Source: Candidatus Latescibacterota bacterium
GTDB lineage: Bacteria; Latescibacterota; UBA2968; UBA8231
Length of the DNA: 64,000 nucleotides
Assembly: GCA_965261395.1 (NCBI GenBank)
Contig: OZ253462.1
Coordinates: forward strand, 4,256,001 to 4,320,000
Direction of reading: 5' to 3'
Shown: in pieces, positions 1 to 9,423 of the stretch
Layout: every line of letters begins with the position of its first letter
Position numbering within the stretch: position 1 is the first letter of the stretch
The notes under the pieces: generated by a model
The model's input: the letters and a program-made list of their open reading frames with translations, nothing else
The model's database searches: none
What the model was told of the DNA's origin: nothing
Position numbers and translations under genes: made by a program

Positions 1-672
1 CACCTCGACGGCCATGTCATCCAACAGACCCCTTCCCCGAGCAGCGCGCCACTGACCCGCATCCAGCGACGCGCCCTATATATTCTTCTTGCGGGAGTGT
101 GCTTGTGGGCCACCGATCTCTTGCACCACGTCCAACCCGCCTATGTTGGCTTGGGTCTAGTGGTGTTGTTCGTCTGGCCGCGTTGGGGACCGCTCCGTTT
201 TGGCGACTTGGTCAAGGTGCGGTTCGCGCTCCTAGCCTACATTGTCGCTCTGCTCACGTTGGGCCACGCCTTGGACGAGGCCGGATTTAACCACCTGTTC
301 ATCGCGGCTTTCGGTGAGTATCTGGCGTTGGAGGAGTACGGCTGGCTGGGCAAGCATCTATCGCTTTGTTTGATCGCCTTGCCGCTCGATTTCCTGATGG
401 ATATCGCCGCAGTAGCCGGCGTGGCGACCATCCCCCTGATGGAGTTGGGTGCCCAGCACGGTATCGCGCCGCTGCCGGCGGCATTCAGCGTGGCCATGGC
501 CACGACCTTGGCCTTCTTGCCCTACCAGTCGGCACCTTTCATGGTGGCCTATGGTTTTCGGCAGCTCTCCATGCAGCAGCTCGTCCTCACCCAAGGCCTT
601 ATTTCTATGGCATCCTTGGTCCTGATCTGTCCGCTCAATCTGCTCTATTGGCGGTGGCTAGGGCTCATTTGA
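1..672 (+). CDS. SLC13/DASS-family anion transporter, C-terminal part (5' truncated by window)
   Basis: Frame 1 is open from base 1 to TGA at 672. Hydrophobic helices; 'LWATD..H', 'FLPYQSAP' and 'YWRWLGLI' end are typical of SLC13 permeases. Confidence 0.7.
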   Translation, partial: HLDGHVIQQTPSPSSAPLTRIQRRALYILLAGVCLWATDLLHHVQPAYVGLGLVVLFVWPRWGPLRFGDLVKVRFALLAYIVALLTLGHALDEAGFNHLFIAAFGEYLALEEYGWLGKHLSLCLIALPLDFLMDIAAVAGVATIPLMELGAQHGIAPLPAAFSVAMATTLAFLPYQSAPFMVAYGFRQLSMQQLVLTQGLISMASLVLICPLNLLYWRWLGLI

Positions 673-719
673 CGCGCCAGTGGCGTTTATGATGCGCAAT
701 GCTTATGATAAATCGCGTC

Positions 720-2147
720 ATGCCTACAGCCATTGCCAATGTCCTCGCCCAGCGCTACGCCAGCCGAGCAATCCAAGATCTGTGGTCTGAACGTGGTCGC
801 ATCGTCCTCGAGCGCGAGCTCTGGATTGCCATCCTCAAAGCTCAGCACGACCTAAAGCTCGATGTGCCCTCCGCAGCCATACGTGCCTACGAGCGCGTCA
901 AGGATCAAGTTGACCTAGAATCCATCGCGCGCCGCGAAGCCGTTTTGCGGCACGATGTCAAGGCGCGCATCGAAGAATTTTGCAGCTTGGCCGGCTGCGA
1001 GCACATTCACAAGGGGATGACCAGCCGCGATCTGACCGACAATGTCGAGCAGTACCAGATCCTCCGCTCCTTGCAGCACATGCAGGTCAAGTACGTGGCC
1101 CTCCTCCTACGCCTAGGCCAGCGGGCACTGCAATGGAAGGATCTCGCGGTCGCCGGCCGGACCCACTACGCGGCCGCGCAACCCACGACGCTCGGTAAGC
1201 GCCTCGCCATGTTCGGCGAGGAAATGCTAGTCGCCTTTAACCGGCTCGACGAGCTCGTCCAACGCTATCCCCTGCGGGGCCTAAAGGGCGCAGTCGGCAC
1301 AGCCGTCGACCAACTGACTTTGCTCGCTGGCGACGCCGACAAGCTAAGCCAACTCCAAACCCGCGTGCGGCACCACCTCGGCTTCCAACGGGAGCTAGGG
1401 GCCGTCGGCCAGATCTATCCCCGTAGTCTCGACTTTGAGGTGCTGAGCTGCCTCTACCAGTTAGGGGCTGGCATTGCCAATCTGGCCCGTGCAATCCGCC
1501 TAATGGCCGGCCACGACATGCTAACCGAGGGCTTTGCTGCCGGGCAGGTCGGCTCTTCGGCCATGCCGCACAAAATGAACAGCCGCAGCAGCGAGCGGGT
1601 CAATGGGTTGCAGATCGTCCTCGGCGGCTATGTCCACATGCTGGGCGCACTGGCCGGCGATCAGTGGTTTGAAGGGGACGTCTCCTGCTCGGTCGTGCGC
1701 CGCGTAGCCCTCCCCGATGGGTTCTTCGCCTTTGATGGCATGCTCGAGACCACGCTCCACATCCTCGACGATATGGGCGTCTATGAAGCGGTAATTGCCC
1801 GCGATCTAGACCGCTATCTGCCCTTTCTCGCCACCACGACGCTGCTGATGGAAGCCATCCAACGCGGTGCCGGCCGCGAACAGGCCCACACCGCACTTAG
1901 AGAGCACTCCCTAGCCGCGGCTATCGATATGCGCGAACAAGGCCGGAGCACCAGCGAGTTGGCGCGTCGCTTGGGTGCAGATTCTCGCTTTCCACTCAGC
2001 GAAGAGGAAATCGCCGCCACGATCTCCCGCAGTCGTTGCTTCACAGGCGCGGCCACCCAGCAAGTCGAGCTTTTCGTCGGCCGGGTAGAGGAGTTGGCTG
2101 CAGCCCACCCAGAAGCACACGCAATCGAAAAGGGGCGACTGCTCTGA
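720..2147 (+). CDS. purB: adenylosuccinate lyase
   Basis: 'RHDVKA', 'HKGMTSRD', 'GRTH', fumarase-superfamily 'GSSAMPHKMN'. Start taken at ATG 720 (MPTAIANVLAQRYAS). Confidence 0.93.
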   Translation: MPTAIANVLAQRYASRAIQDLWSERGRIVLERELWIAILKAQHDLKLDVPSAAIRAYERVKDQVDLESIARREAVLRHDVKARIEEFCSLAGCEHIHKGMTSRDLTDNVEQYQILRSLQHMQVKYVALLLRLGQRALQWKDLAVAGRTHYAAAQPTTLGKRLAMFGEEMLVAFNRLDELVQRYPLRGLKGAVGTAVDQLTLLAGDADKLSQLQTRVRHHLGFQRELGAVGQIYPRSLDFEVLSCLYQLGAGIANLARAIRLMAGHDMLTEGFAAGQVGSSAMPHKMNSRSSERVNGLQIVLGGYVHMLGALAGDQWFEGDVSCSVVRRVALPDGFFAFDGMLETTLHILDDMGVYEAVIARDLDRYLPFLATTTLLMEAIQRGAGREQAHTALREHSLAAAIDMREQGRSTSELARRLGADSRFPLSEEEIAATISRSRCFTGAATQQVELFVGRVEELAAAHPEAHAIEKGRLL

Positions 2148-2152
2148 CCTCC

Positions 2153-2887
2153 ATGCGATACCAGCGAGTCCTGCTCAAGCTGAGCGGGGAAGCCATCTCC
2201 GGCCCCCACGACGTGGGATTCGACCCCGATTCCCTAGAACACATTGCCGACGAAGTCCTCAACTTGCACTCCTGTGGGGTCGAAATATCCATCGTCATTG
2301 GCGGCGGCAATATATTCCGCGGCACGCTCGCCAGTCAGTGGGGTATTGAACGGGCCGAAGCCGACAACATCGGCATGGTGGGGACGGTGATCAACAGCCT
2401 GATGCTGCGCGGGGTCCTCACCTCTAAATCCAATGTCGAAGTCCGGGTAATGAGTGCCATTCCCATCAACACGGTAGCCGAGCCTTTTATTCGGCTGCGC
2501 GCGATTCACCATCTAGAGAAGCACTACATCGTCATCTTTGCCGCCGGTATTGGCAACCCGTACGTCACTACGGACTACACCGCGGCCCAGCGCGCGATTG
2601 AGACGCGGTCCCAAGCCCTGCTTTTTGCTAAAAATCAAGTCGGCGGCATCTTTACCTCCGACCCTCACGCCGATCCCCACGCGAGGCTGTACCGGCGGAT
2701 GCACTACAACACGATCATCCAAGAAAACCTCACCATCGCCGATCAATCCTCGGTCCTGTTGGCGCGCGATCACAAGATGCCCATGCACTTTTTTGACTTC
2801 TCTGACAAGGGAACCATATTGCGCATCTGCCGCGGCCAAGATCCGGGCACCTTGGTGACGGATGCAGACGAAGACATCGTAGAATAG
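2153..2887 (+). CDS. pyrH: UMP kinase
   Basis: 'YQRVLLKLSGEA', 'GGGNIFRG', 'TTD' motifs; ATG 5 nt after the purB stop. Confidence 0.92.
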   Translation: MRYQRVLLKLSGEAISGPHDVGFDPDSLEHIADEVLNLHSCGVEISIVIGGGNIFRGTLASQWGIERAEADNIGMVGTVINSLMLRGVLTSKSNVEVRVMSAIPINTVAEPFIRLRAIHHLEKHYIVIFAAGIGNPYVTTDYTAAQRAIETRSQALLFAKNQVGGIFTSDPHADPHARLYRRMHYNTIIQENLTIADQSSVLLARDHKMPMHFFDFSDKGTILRICRGQDPGTLVTDADEDIVE

Positions 2888-2890
2888 ACA

Positions 2891-2922
2891 AAAAGGCCGT
2901 CCCCAAAGCGGGACGGCCTTTT
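2891..2922. terminator. bidirectional intrinsic terminator
   Basis: aaaaggccgtccc-caaagc-gggacggcctttt: perfect 13-bp inverted repeat with A/T tracts on both sides, between convergent genes. Confidence 0.85.
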
Positions 2923-2943
2923 CTCATACAGGGCTTTTTTGGT

Positions 2944-3870
2944 TTAGAATTCGTATGCAAAGGAGAACCGGTGCGCGCCATTGGTCTCGGTCAGATCCAA
3001 GCCAATGTCATACGCATAGTCGAACACCAACTGGTTCCACTGATAGCCCAACCCCGCATTCAATCCTCCACCGGCGTCCTCCGTCAGCAAACGGCGACCC
3101 CCCGCCCGCAACAACAACCCCTCCACCAACTGCGTCTCCCCACCAACAACCATCCCGTGATCCGAGCCCTCCCCCGTCAAATCGCGACGCACGTATTGCA
3201 CCGACACCAACGACTGACTGCTCAGACGATACCCCACCCCCACATGCACGTCCATGGGCAACGTACCCGCATTCGCGTCCCCTTCCACCTCACCATACGC
3301 CACATTCGGCTGATTGATATTCTTCAACAACACCCCCACCTGCGCCCCTTGCATCGGACTCTGCCACATCAAGCCCAAATCCAAACCGACATTGCCCGCG
3401 CTCTGGTTCGACAGCGGGTCGGGACGACCCTCATCGTCGGGAATCGATCCCACGCTCCAAAACAAATACTTGGCCGACACCCCCACCTGCAGCCGACGCT
3501 GCACCTGATACGACAGCGACACAAACGCCCCGTTCTCGCTCATCAGCGACGAGCCAATCCGCTCATAGCCCAAGCCCAAGCCGAGCTTGTCGCCCAAAGG
3601 CTGCGCATAGGAAACCACGTGCTGACCCAAGTCGTCGCCTTCGATGCCCGCATACAAAAGCGACACATTGGTGTAGGCTACCTGACGACTAGACACCTGA
3701 CCCAACCCAGCCGGATTGGCAAACACGGCATCCGAATTGTCGGCCACCGCCACAAAGCTGTTGCCCAACCCCTGCGCACGAGCACCCGAACCCACATTCT
3801 GGATGTTGACAACCCCGTCGCTGGCAGTTGCCAGCAGGACCGCACAGGTGATGCTAATTGCAATTTTCAT
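2944..3870 (-). CDS. PorV/PorQ-like outer-membrane beta-barrel protein
   Basis: Signal peptide; 'GARAQGLGNSFVAVADNSDAVFANPAGL'; amphipathic strands; ends 'HRFSFAYEF' with terminal Phe. Confidence 0.75.
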   Translation of the reverse strand: MKIAISITCAVLLATASDGVVNIQNVGSGARAQGLGNSFVAVADNSDAVFANPAGLGQVSSRQVAYTNVSLLYAGIEGDDLGQHVVSYAQPLGDKLGLGLGYERIGSSLMSENGAFVSLSYQVQRRLQVGVSAKYLFWSVGSIPDDEGRPDPLSNQSAGNVGLDLGLMWQSPMQGAQVGVLLKNINQPNVAYGEVEGDANAGTLPMDVHVGVGYRLSSQSLVSVQYVRRDLTGEGSDHGMVVGGETQLVEGLLLRAGGRRLLTEDAGGGLNAGLGYQWNQLVFDYAYDIGLDLTETNGAHRFSFAYEF

Positions 3871-3890
3871 ACGCTTGCCTCCTCCACTTG

Positions 3891-3914
3891 GTGAGATGCG
3901 CTGTGAGATGCGCT
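3891..3914. repeat. perfect 12-bp tandem repeat (gtgagatgcgct)x2 in the barrel-gene leader
   Basis: Read directly at 3891-3902 and 3903-3914. Confidence 0.8.
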
Positions 3915-3931
3915 TGTACTGTATGTCATTT

Positions 3932-3961
3932 AGTATAAATATATAAACTATTAACCGTCAA
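3932..3961 (-). promoter_or_regulatory. putative sigma70 promoter for the barrel gene
   Basis: Minus strand TTGACG-N18-TATACT in an AT-rich divergent intergenic region. Confidence 0.55.
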
Positions 3962-4064
3962 TTAAAAATAGCCCCGCTCGCGCGCTGCCACTTCCTTGAC
4001 CAATCAAGGCCGTATGGTCGTTATTATTTTTATAAAATTTATCTCTAAGCTCACGAGGTGAACT

Positions 4065-4685
4065 TTGACCGCTATCAAAGCGACCAATATCGTCCGACAC
4101 GAGGGCCATGTCAGCCGCGAGAAACGCGAAAGCCTGTTGCACCAACAAGGGGTACTACTCTGGCTGACGGGCCTGCCAAGTTCGGGCAAAAGCACGATTG
4201 CTTATACTGTCGAACACGCCCTAGCCGCCCGCGGCCATTTGGCCTATGTGCTAGACGGCGACAACATCCGCTTCGGGCTCAATAAAAATTTAGGCTTTTC
4301 TGCTGACGATCGAGCGGAAAATATCCGTCGGATCGGCGAGGTAGGAAAGCTCTTTGTCGATGGGGGCTTTTTGACCCTCGCCAGCTTTGTCAGTCCCTAT
4401 CGATCCGACCGCGATGGAGTGCGGGCCCTTATGGCTGAGGGCGATTTCGTCGAAATTTTCATCAGCACCCCGGTTGAAGTATGCGCCGAGCGCGATCCCA
4501 AGGGCCTCTACAAAAAAGCACTAGCCGGTGAAATACCTAATTTTACCGGTGTTTCAGACCCTTATGAGGATCCAGAAAATCCCGAACTGGTCATCGAAAC
4601 TGACACATCAACGCCCTCGGAGGCGGCCGCGCAGATCATCGGTCTACTAGAGCAGATGGGCAAAATTCGACCCACACAGGCTTGA
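4065..4685 (+). CDS. cysC: adenylyl-sulfate kinase
   Basis: 'WLTGLPSSGKST', 'LDGDNIR', 'RDPKGLY', 'FTGVSDPYE'; GAGGTG RBS before TTG. Confidence 0.95.
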   Translation: MTAIKATNIVRHEGHVSREKRESLLHQQGVLLWLTGLPSSGKSTIAYTVEHALAARGHLAYVLDGDNIRFGLNKNLGFSADDRAENIRRIGEVGKLFVDGGFLTLASFVSPYRSDRDGVRALMAEGDFVEIFISTPVEVCAERDPKGLYKKALAGEIPNFTGVSDPYEDPENPELVIETDTSTPSEAAAQIIGLLEQMGKIRPTQA

Positions 4686-4720
4686 ACAAACCTACCCAGC
4701 CTCTTCCTTCCGTCATACAC

Positions 4721-4746
4721 CAGGGGATCGCCAAATCCCCTGTTTT
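4721..4746 (+). terminator. intrinsic terminator after cysC
   Basis: caggggat-cgccaa-atcccctg followed by tttt. Confidence 0.65.
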
Positions 4747-4761
4747 ACGTTTGCCAGCGCG

Positions 4762-5775
4762 ATGCATAAGATACTGAAACAAGCCCTCCAGTACGGGCTG
4801 AGCCTAGGCTTGATGGGGCTTTTTATCTATTGGGCCTTTGAGGGGATAAACCGGGGGGAACTCTGGGCTGCCATGACCGGCATTTCGCCGGTTTGGGCCG
4901 CTGTTATGTGCGTCGTAACGCTGGGGACCTTGGTATTGCGAGCTTGGCGCTGGCAAGTCCTCATGCGGCCCTTTGCGCCGCAAGTGAGCAACCTCAACGC
5001 GTCGCTCGCCTTGGCTATATGCTATGCGGCCAATGTGGTGGTGCCGCGTTCGGGCGAGGTGATGCGGTGCGTCAGCCTCAAGTGGACCGCTGGGGCGAGC
5101 ATCAGCGCCTTGATGGCTACGATAGTGGTGGAGCGCATTCTCGATCTGTTTTGGCTCATTGTCTTGTTCTGGCTCATCGTCTATATAGATATTGCCCTGC
5201 CCGTGCTTTGGATGCCGGTCGGCGCAGATCGGGATACCATTGGCCTGTTGGCCCTAGCCGGCTGCTTGATCGCGCTGGGTGCCTTGGTCTTGGTATCGGT
5301 TTATCGGGGGGAAATTTTAGCTGGAATGCGCGCGCTGCTCGCGCGGCTCGGTTGGGGGCGCGGCGAGCGGTCCCTCGAAATCCTCGAAACCTTCATCGGC
5401 GGGCTTTCCGCCCTGCGGCAACAGCCGACGGCGTACTTCGAAATCCTCGTCAGCTCGATCCTGCTCAACACGGCCTACGTGTTTATTGTTTACGCGGCTT
5501 TTATCGGTATGGGTTTGCACCAAACATACGACCTCGACGCAGCAGCGGCGCTGGTAATCATGGCCATATCGTCCATAGGAGTGATCATTCCGACGCCTGG
5601 GGCGATCGGCTCGTATCACCTCTTCTTCAGCGAGGCTCTACACCGCCTCTACACCGTGCCCCTCCCCACCGCTTTGGCCTGCGCCACCTTGACCCATGCT
5701 TTGGCGAACCTGACCTACGTCCTCCTCGGCGGCCCGACGCTGCTGTGGCAGTGGCATCGGAGCCGGCGGGGGTAG
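4762..5775 (+). CDS. lysylphosphatidylglycerol synthase TM-domain (UPF0104, flippase-like) protein
   Basis: 'LRAWRW', 'NVVVPRSGEVMR', 'VVERILD', 'PTPGAIGSYH' motifs; polytopic. Confidence 0.8.
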   Translation: MHKILKQALQYGLSLGLMGLFIYWAFEGINRGELWAAMTGISPVWAAVMCVVTLGTLVLRAWRWQVLMRPFAPQVSNLNASLALAICYAANVVVPRSGEVMRCVSLKWTAGASISALMATIVVERILDLFWLIVLFWLIVYIDIALPVLWMPVGADRDTIGLLALAGCLIALGALVLVSVYRGEILAGMRALLARLGWGRGERSLEILETFIGGLSALRQQPTAYFEILVSSILLNTAYVFIVYAAFIGMGLHQTYDLDAAAALVIMAISSIGVIIPTPGAIGSYHLFFSEALHRLYTVPLPTALACATLTHALANLTYVLLGGPTLLWQWHRSRRG

Positions 5776-5776
5776 T

Positions 5777-6619
5777 TCAGAAGATCCAAACGATTAGGAT
5801 CGATCCGCCCACGTAGCCGAAAGCCTCTATCAGCCCGGCCCCCACATTCGGCTGCTCCTCGACCTGTTCAGCACCCAAGCGCACACCGGGTGCCAAGAGC
5901 ACATCGGTCAACTTGTGGATGGCGTAGAGCGCCACAAAGCCAAAGACCACGTCCATGCCAAAAATTTTGAGGCTTTCGATCCACCCAGTGTAGTCGCCGG
6001 CCACGGCGATGCTGACGATGTTGCCCATACCCACCAGCACGCCGCCAAACGCCAAGCCGACCGCGGCATTGTCGCGCTCTAGTTCGCGGTGAACCGAATG
6101 TGGGGTAATCCACTCGTAGAGCAACCCGGCCACCACCAACACTACTTGGGCCAAAAGCCAGAAGGCCACGCCGCTCCACAGCGGCCCCTCGCCCTGCACG
6201 ATAGCCAGGATAATCAAGCCATTGGCGATGTGCATCCCCGCCTCGACAAAGGCCGTCCCCACATTCTGATCCTCGACGACCTCCTTGCGGTTGTCGAAGT
6301 GGGGCAGGAGCACCCGCTCGCAGAGCACGCCGGCGACGAGCATCAAGACAATCGCCAAGAGGCCGTACTGGGCAATGCCAATTAGGTCGGCTTGCCAGCC
6401 GAGCGAAGGACCGCTCAACGCCCCTCCCAACGCCAGACAGATCCCAAAGAAATAACCACCCACCGCAACAGCCATCGCGTGGTTGTTGCGGCCGTAGAGT
6501 TCGTCCTTGAGATTGACCCGGCGAAAAACCCGGGCATAGACCTGCTTGGCGATAAAGAGCAGGACGAAAGCCTCTAAGAGATAGACTAAGGTCTGGGCCA
6601 TATGCACTATATTGTCCAC
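5777..6619 (-). CDS. DUF350 membrane protein (two repeats)
   Basis: Repeated 'L..EL...N.A(M/V)(A/G)' units before hydrophobic helices. Start GTG 6619 (or ATG 6601) rather than the ORF-track start 6811. Confidence 0.8.
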   Translation of the reverse strand: MDNIVHMAQTLVYLLEAFVLLFIAKQVYARVFRRVNLKDELYGRNNHAMAVAVGGYFFGICLALGGALSGPSLGWQADLIGIAQYGLLAIVLMLVAGVLCERVLLPHFDNRKEVVEDQNVGTAFVEAGMHIANGLIILAIVQGEGPLWSGVAFWLLAQVVLVVAGLLYEWITPHSVHRELERDNAAVGLAFGGVLVGMGNIVSIAVAGDYTGWIESLKIFGMDVVFGFVALYAIHKLTDVLLAPGVRLGAEQVEEQPNVGAGLIEAFGYVGGSILIVWIF

Positions 6620-6629
6620 TGCGTTCCCC

Positions 6630-7340
6630 CTATTTTCCGAAGCGCGAGGTACCGCGTCCCCAACCGGACGTGGTGCGCCCCATGCGGTTTTTGGCCTGAT
6701 TACTAAAGGCCTGACGGCGGCTTTGCTGACGCTGGTAGAATTGCGGTCGCGTCTTTTGAGTTTGCGAGCCGCGCGACCCAAAAGCAGTGCGCCCGCCTTG
6801 CACCGGCCCATAGTACGGGCGGCCCCCTGCCCGGTTGCGGCGGTAGCCCTCCCAATCGCCGCGCCCGACCCGCCAGCCCCCCCCCATTAAGTTGCTCATC
6901 AGCGCGTACTGGCCGTAGAATTGCCAAAACCCGCCCCCGCCCCAAGACCCGTACTGGGGATTGCCGACGTATTGATAGCCGGGTGGGTGCGCTTGGTTAG
7001 TGCCGGTGCGACGGCCGTCTAGCGACTTGGAGGCCACGACCATGCCGACGTAGTTCTCATAGCGGTAGAAGGTCTTTTCGCCGACTTCCATCCAATCGGT
7101 GCGGCGCTCCTGATAGACCATGGTATCGCGCCCGGCGACGCGCTGTCCCGAAGCGGTCAACACCTGAAAGCGGAGGGCGTAATCGGGGAAAAACGAGTGA
7201 TCTTCGATGCGGGTATCGTCGACGATCAGGGAATACTCGGGGTAGCGATCAAGGTTGCGCACCAGCTCCTTCACCGGGTCTTTGGAACCCCCACAGGCCG
7301 CGAGTGCGAATAGGAGCAGTGAGGCCATACGCCGAAGCAT
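6630..7340 (-). CDS. lipoprotein with Gly/Arg/aromatic-rich C-terminal tail
   Basis: Lipobox 'LAAC'; 'GYQYVGNPQYGSWGGGGFWQFYGQYAL'; low-complexity basic tail. Confidence 0.7.
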   Translation of the reverse strand: MLRRMASLLLFALAACGGSKDPVKELVRNLDRYPEYSLIVDDTRIEDHSFFPDYALRFQVLTASGQRVAGRDTMVYQERRTDWMEVGEKTFYRYENYVGMVVASKSLDGRRTGTNQAHPPGYQYVGNPQYGSWGGGGFWQFYGQYALMSNLMGGGWRVGRGDWEGYRRNRAGGRPYYGPVQGGRTAFGSRGSQTQKTRPQFYQRQQSRRQAFSNQAKNRMGRTTSGWGRGTSRFGK

Positions 7341-7341
7341 T

Positions 7342-7890
7342 TTAGGTTCCCTCCTCCACCGGCAGGATGTCGGTGAATTGGTATTCTTCTACCTCCAAGC
7401 CCGCGTACGCGGCAAAGTCGCGCTCGCCCCACTGGCTGATGAAGAGCACTTTGCCTTCTGCTGCTTTGAACGACCAATTGACAAATTCGCGTTCCGCATC
7501 GGTGCCGTCTTTGCGGTACAGGCCCGCTTCGCTCGTGCTCCCCATGTACTCATCGCCCGCAAACTGCACCACTTCAGGCGGGTCGCCGTCGGCGACAATC
7601 GCCGCCGCAACATCGCCGTCGATCTCGTCGATGCCAATCGCCCGCGTCAAGGTCCAATAGGCTTGGCCATCCTCGACCGCGCGCTCGAGAAAATTCACCT
7701 CTTCATCGGCTCGCAACTCCCACTCCTCGGTCACATAGCCGTCGTAATCATAGGTCCCATAGCCCGTGACTTGCCAGGTTTTGAGATCGTAATCGACCAA
7801 AAACCCCACTTTCATGGTGCTAAGCGAGTACTCTTGATAGGTCGGTTCTTCCTCGTCTCGGCGGCCACCGAACCACTTTTTAAACCCCAT
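7342..7890 (-). CDS. DUF4178-like protein
   Basis: 'WQVTGYGTYDY...EEWEL', acidic, ends 'ILP'; lies in a PspA/DUF350 neighbourhood. Confidence 0.65.
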   Translation of the reverse strand: MGFKKWFGGRRDEEEPTYQEYSLSTMKVGFLVDYDLKTWQVTGYGTYDYDGYVTEEWELRADEEVNFLERAVEDGQAYWTLTRAIGIDEIDGDVAAAIVADGDPPEVVQFAGDEYMGSTSEAGLYRKDGTDAEREFVNWSFKAAEGKVLFISQWGERDFAAYAGLEVEEYQFTDILPVEEGT

Positions 7891-7902
7891 TTCGTCTTCC
7901 TT

Positions 7903-9423
7903 TCAAAACTGAGTACTCCAACCCCGTCGATAATAACGCGCCAGCACCGGCCTATCAAGTCGGTTGGCCTGCACGGGCAAGCGGGCCATATCGCCGTCGA
8001 AGACCGCGAGGGCACCCCAGACTTGTTGGTCAATATAGCGCGTGGGGACCGCGAAGGCGACAGCCGTCGGATCCAGCCCGGCGGATCCCGCCAAGTGGAA
8101 CCCCCACTCGCCAAAAGAGGGCACGTGCAAGTGATAGGAGTGGACGGCAAAGCCCGCTTCCTCCAAGGCGGCGGCAATGCTCCAGTACGCCTCGCGGACG
8201 TGGTACGGGCTGGAAGCCTGGGTCGCCAAGACGCCTTGTGGGCTGAGCAACTTGCGACACAGCCGATAGGCTTCGACCGAATAGAGCTTGGCCAAGCTCT
8301 CCTCACGGGGGTCGGGTAGGTCGATTAGTATCGCGCCATACGGCACGTGCTCGCGCTGCAAAAAGACAAAGCCATCTTCGTTGACCACGCGCACTCGGCG
8401 ACGATTTAAGGCATTGTCGTTGAGCTGGGTCAGGTAGATGTTGCGCTGGGCCAACCGGGTCACTGCTGGGTCGAGATCGACTAAATCGACGTGCTGGACC
8501 CCCTCGTATTTGAGCACTTCCCGCGCCGTCAGGCCGTCCCCTCCTCCGATGATGAGCACCCTTTCGCGGGAGGGGGCCAGCGCCATAGCTGGATGGACTA
8601 GCGCCTCGTGGTAACGATGCTCGTCAATGGAGGCGAATTGTAAATGCCCGTTGAGATAGAGCCGCAGGTGTTCGTCGCGCTGGGTCAGGACGATTTGCTG
8701 GTAGGCCGATTGCTCGCTGTGGACGATGCGGTCTTCGTACAGGTCGCTTTCCCACCGCGCCCGCAGTTCCTCCCCCTGCCAAGCCAGCACCCCTAGCGCC
8801 GCAACAACTACAATCGCTTGCGCCCCTAGCGAGCGGAAGGCACGCTGCTCTAACAACGTCCCCTTAAACGCAAGCACCACGCCGAGACCGATGCCGGCGT
8901 TGACCAAGCCGGCGACCAACGCCGTATGCAGGCTACCGAGGAAGGGCAACAGGATGTACGGGAAGAGCAACGAGGCCAGCAAGGCCCCCAGATAATCGAG
9001 GGACAAAACATTAGATAACGCCGCGCGTAGCGTACCGTGACCGCGCAAAAGCCGGGTGATCAGCGGCACTTCCAAGCCGATCAACACGCCAATCGACGTG
9101 CTCAAAGCCAACATGCCGACCCTAAAGTGGTCGGTGTATCCGTAGAGCACGTAGAGCACGCCAACCGAAACCCCACCCAAAAGCCCCAGCCAAATCTCTA
9201 GCTGGGCTAGCCTCGTCAACAGCAAGTGGTCGGCGACAAAGCGCGAAAGCCAAGAGCCAAGCCCCATCGCGGCGAGGAAAAAGCCGATCGTCAGAGAAAA
9301 CTGTTCGACGCTATTGCCGAGGAAATAGGACGACACGCTGCCGATGAGTAGCTGATAGACGATGGCGCAGACTGCGGCTGAGAAAATGGCCACCAGCAAC
9401 AGCAGCGGACCCAGCCTAGGCAT
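7903..9423 (-). CDS. speE: membrane-anchored polyamine aminopropyltransferase (spermidine synthase-like)
   Basis: N-terminal multi-TM domain, then 'SAYQQI', 'LYLNGHLQF..DEHRYHE', 'IGGGDG', 'VDLDP', 'IDLPDP'. Start ATG 9423 overlaps the upstream stop. Confidence 0.85.
   Translation of the reverse strand: MPRLGPLLLLVAIFSAAVCAIVYQLLIGSVSSYFLGNSVEQFSLTIGFFLAAMGLGSWLSRFVADHLLLTRLAQLEIWLGLLGGVSVGVLYVLYGYTDHFRVGMLALSTSIGVLIGLEVPLITRLLRGHGTLRAALSNVLSLDYLGALLASLLFPYILLPFLGSLHTALVAGLVNAGIGLGVVLAFKGTLLEQRAFRSLGAQAIVVVAALGVLAWQGEELRARWESDLYEDRIVHSEQSAYQQIVLTQRDEHLRLYLNGHLQFASIDEHRYHEALVHPAMALAPSRERVLIIGGGDGLTAREVLKYEGVQHVDLVDLDPAVTRLAQRNIYLTQLNDNALNRRRVRVVNEDGFVFLQREHVPYGAILIDLPDPREESLAKLYSVEAYRLCRKLLSPQGVLATQASSPYHVREAYWSIAAALEEAGFAVHSYHLHVPSFGEWGFHLAGSAGLDPTAVAFAVPTRYIDQQVWGALAVFDGDMARLPVQANRLDRPVLARYYRRGWSTQF

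Noticed and set aside
2971-3894. Long antisense ORFs (also 7255-8319, 24705-25673, 37467-38321, 61783-63138)
   Set aside because: They are shadows of well-supported opposite-strand genes, expected from GC-rich codon bias, and carry no motifs.
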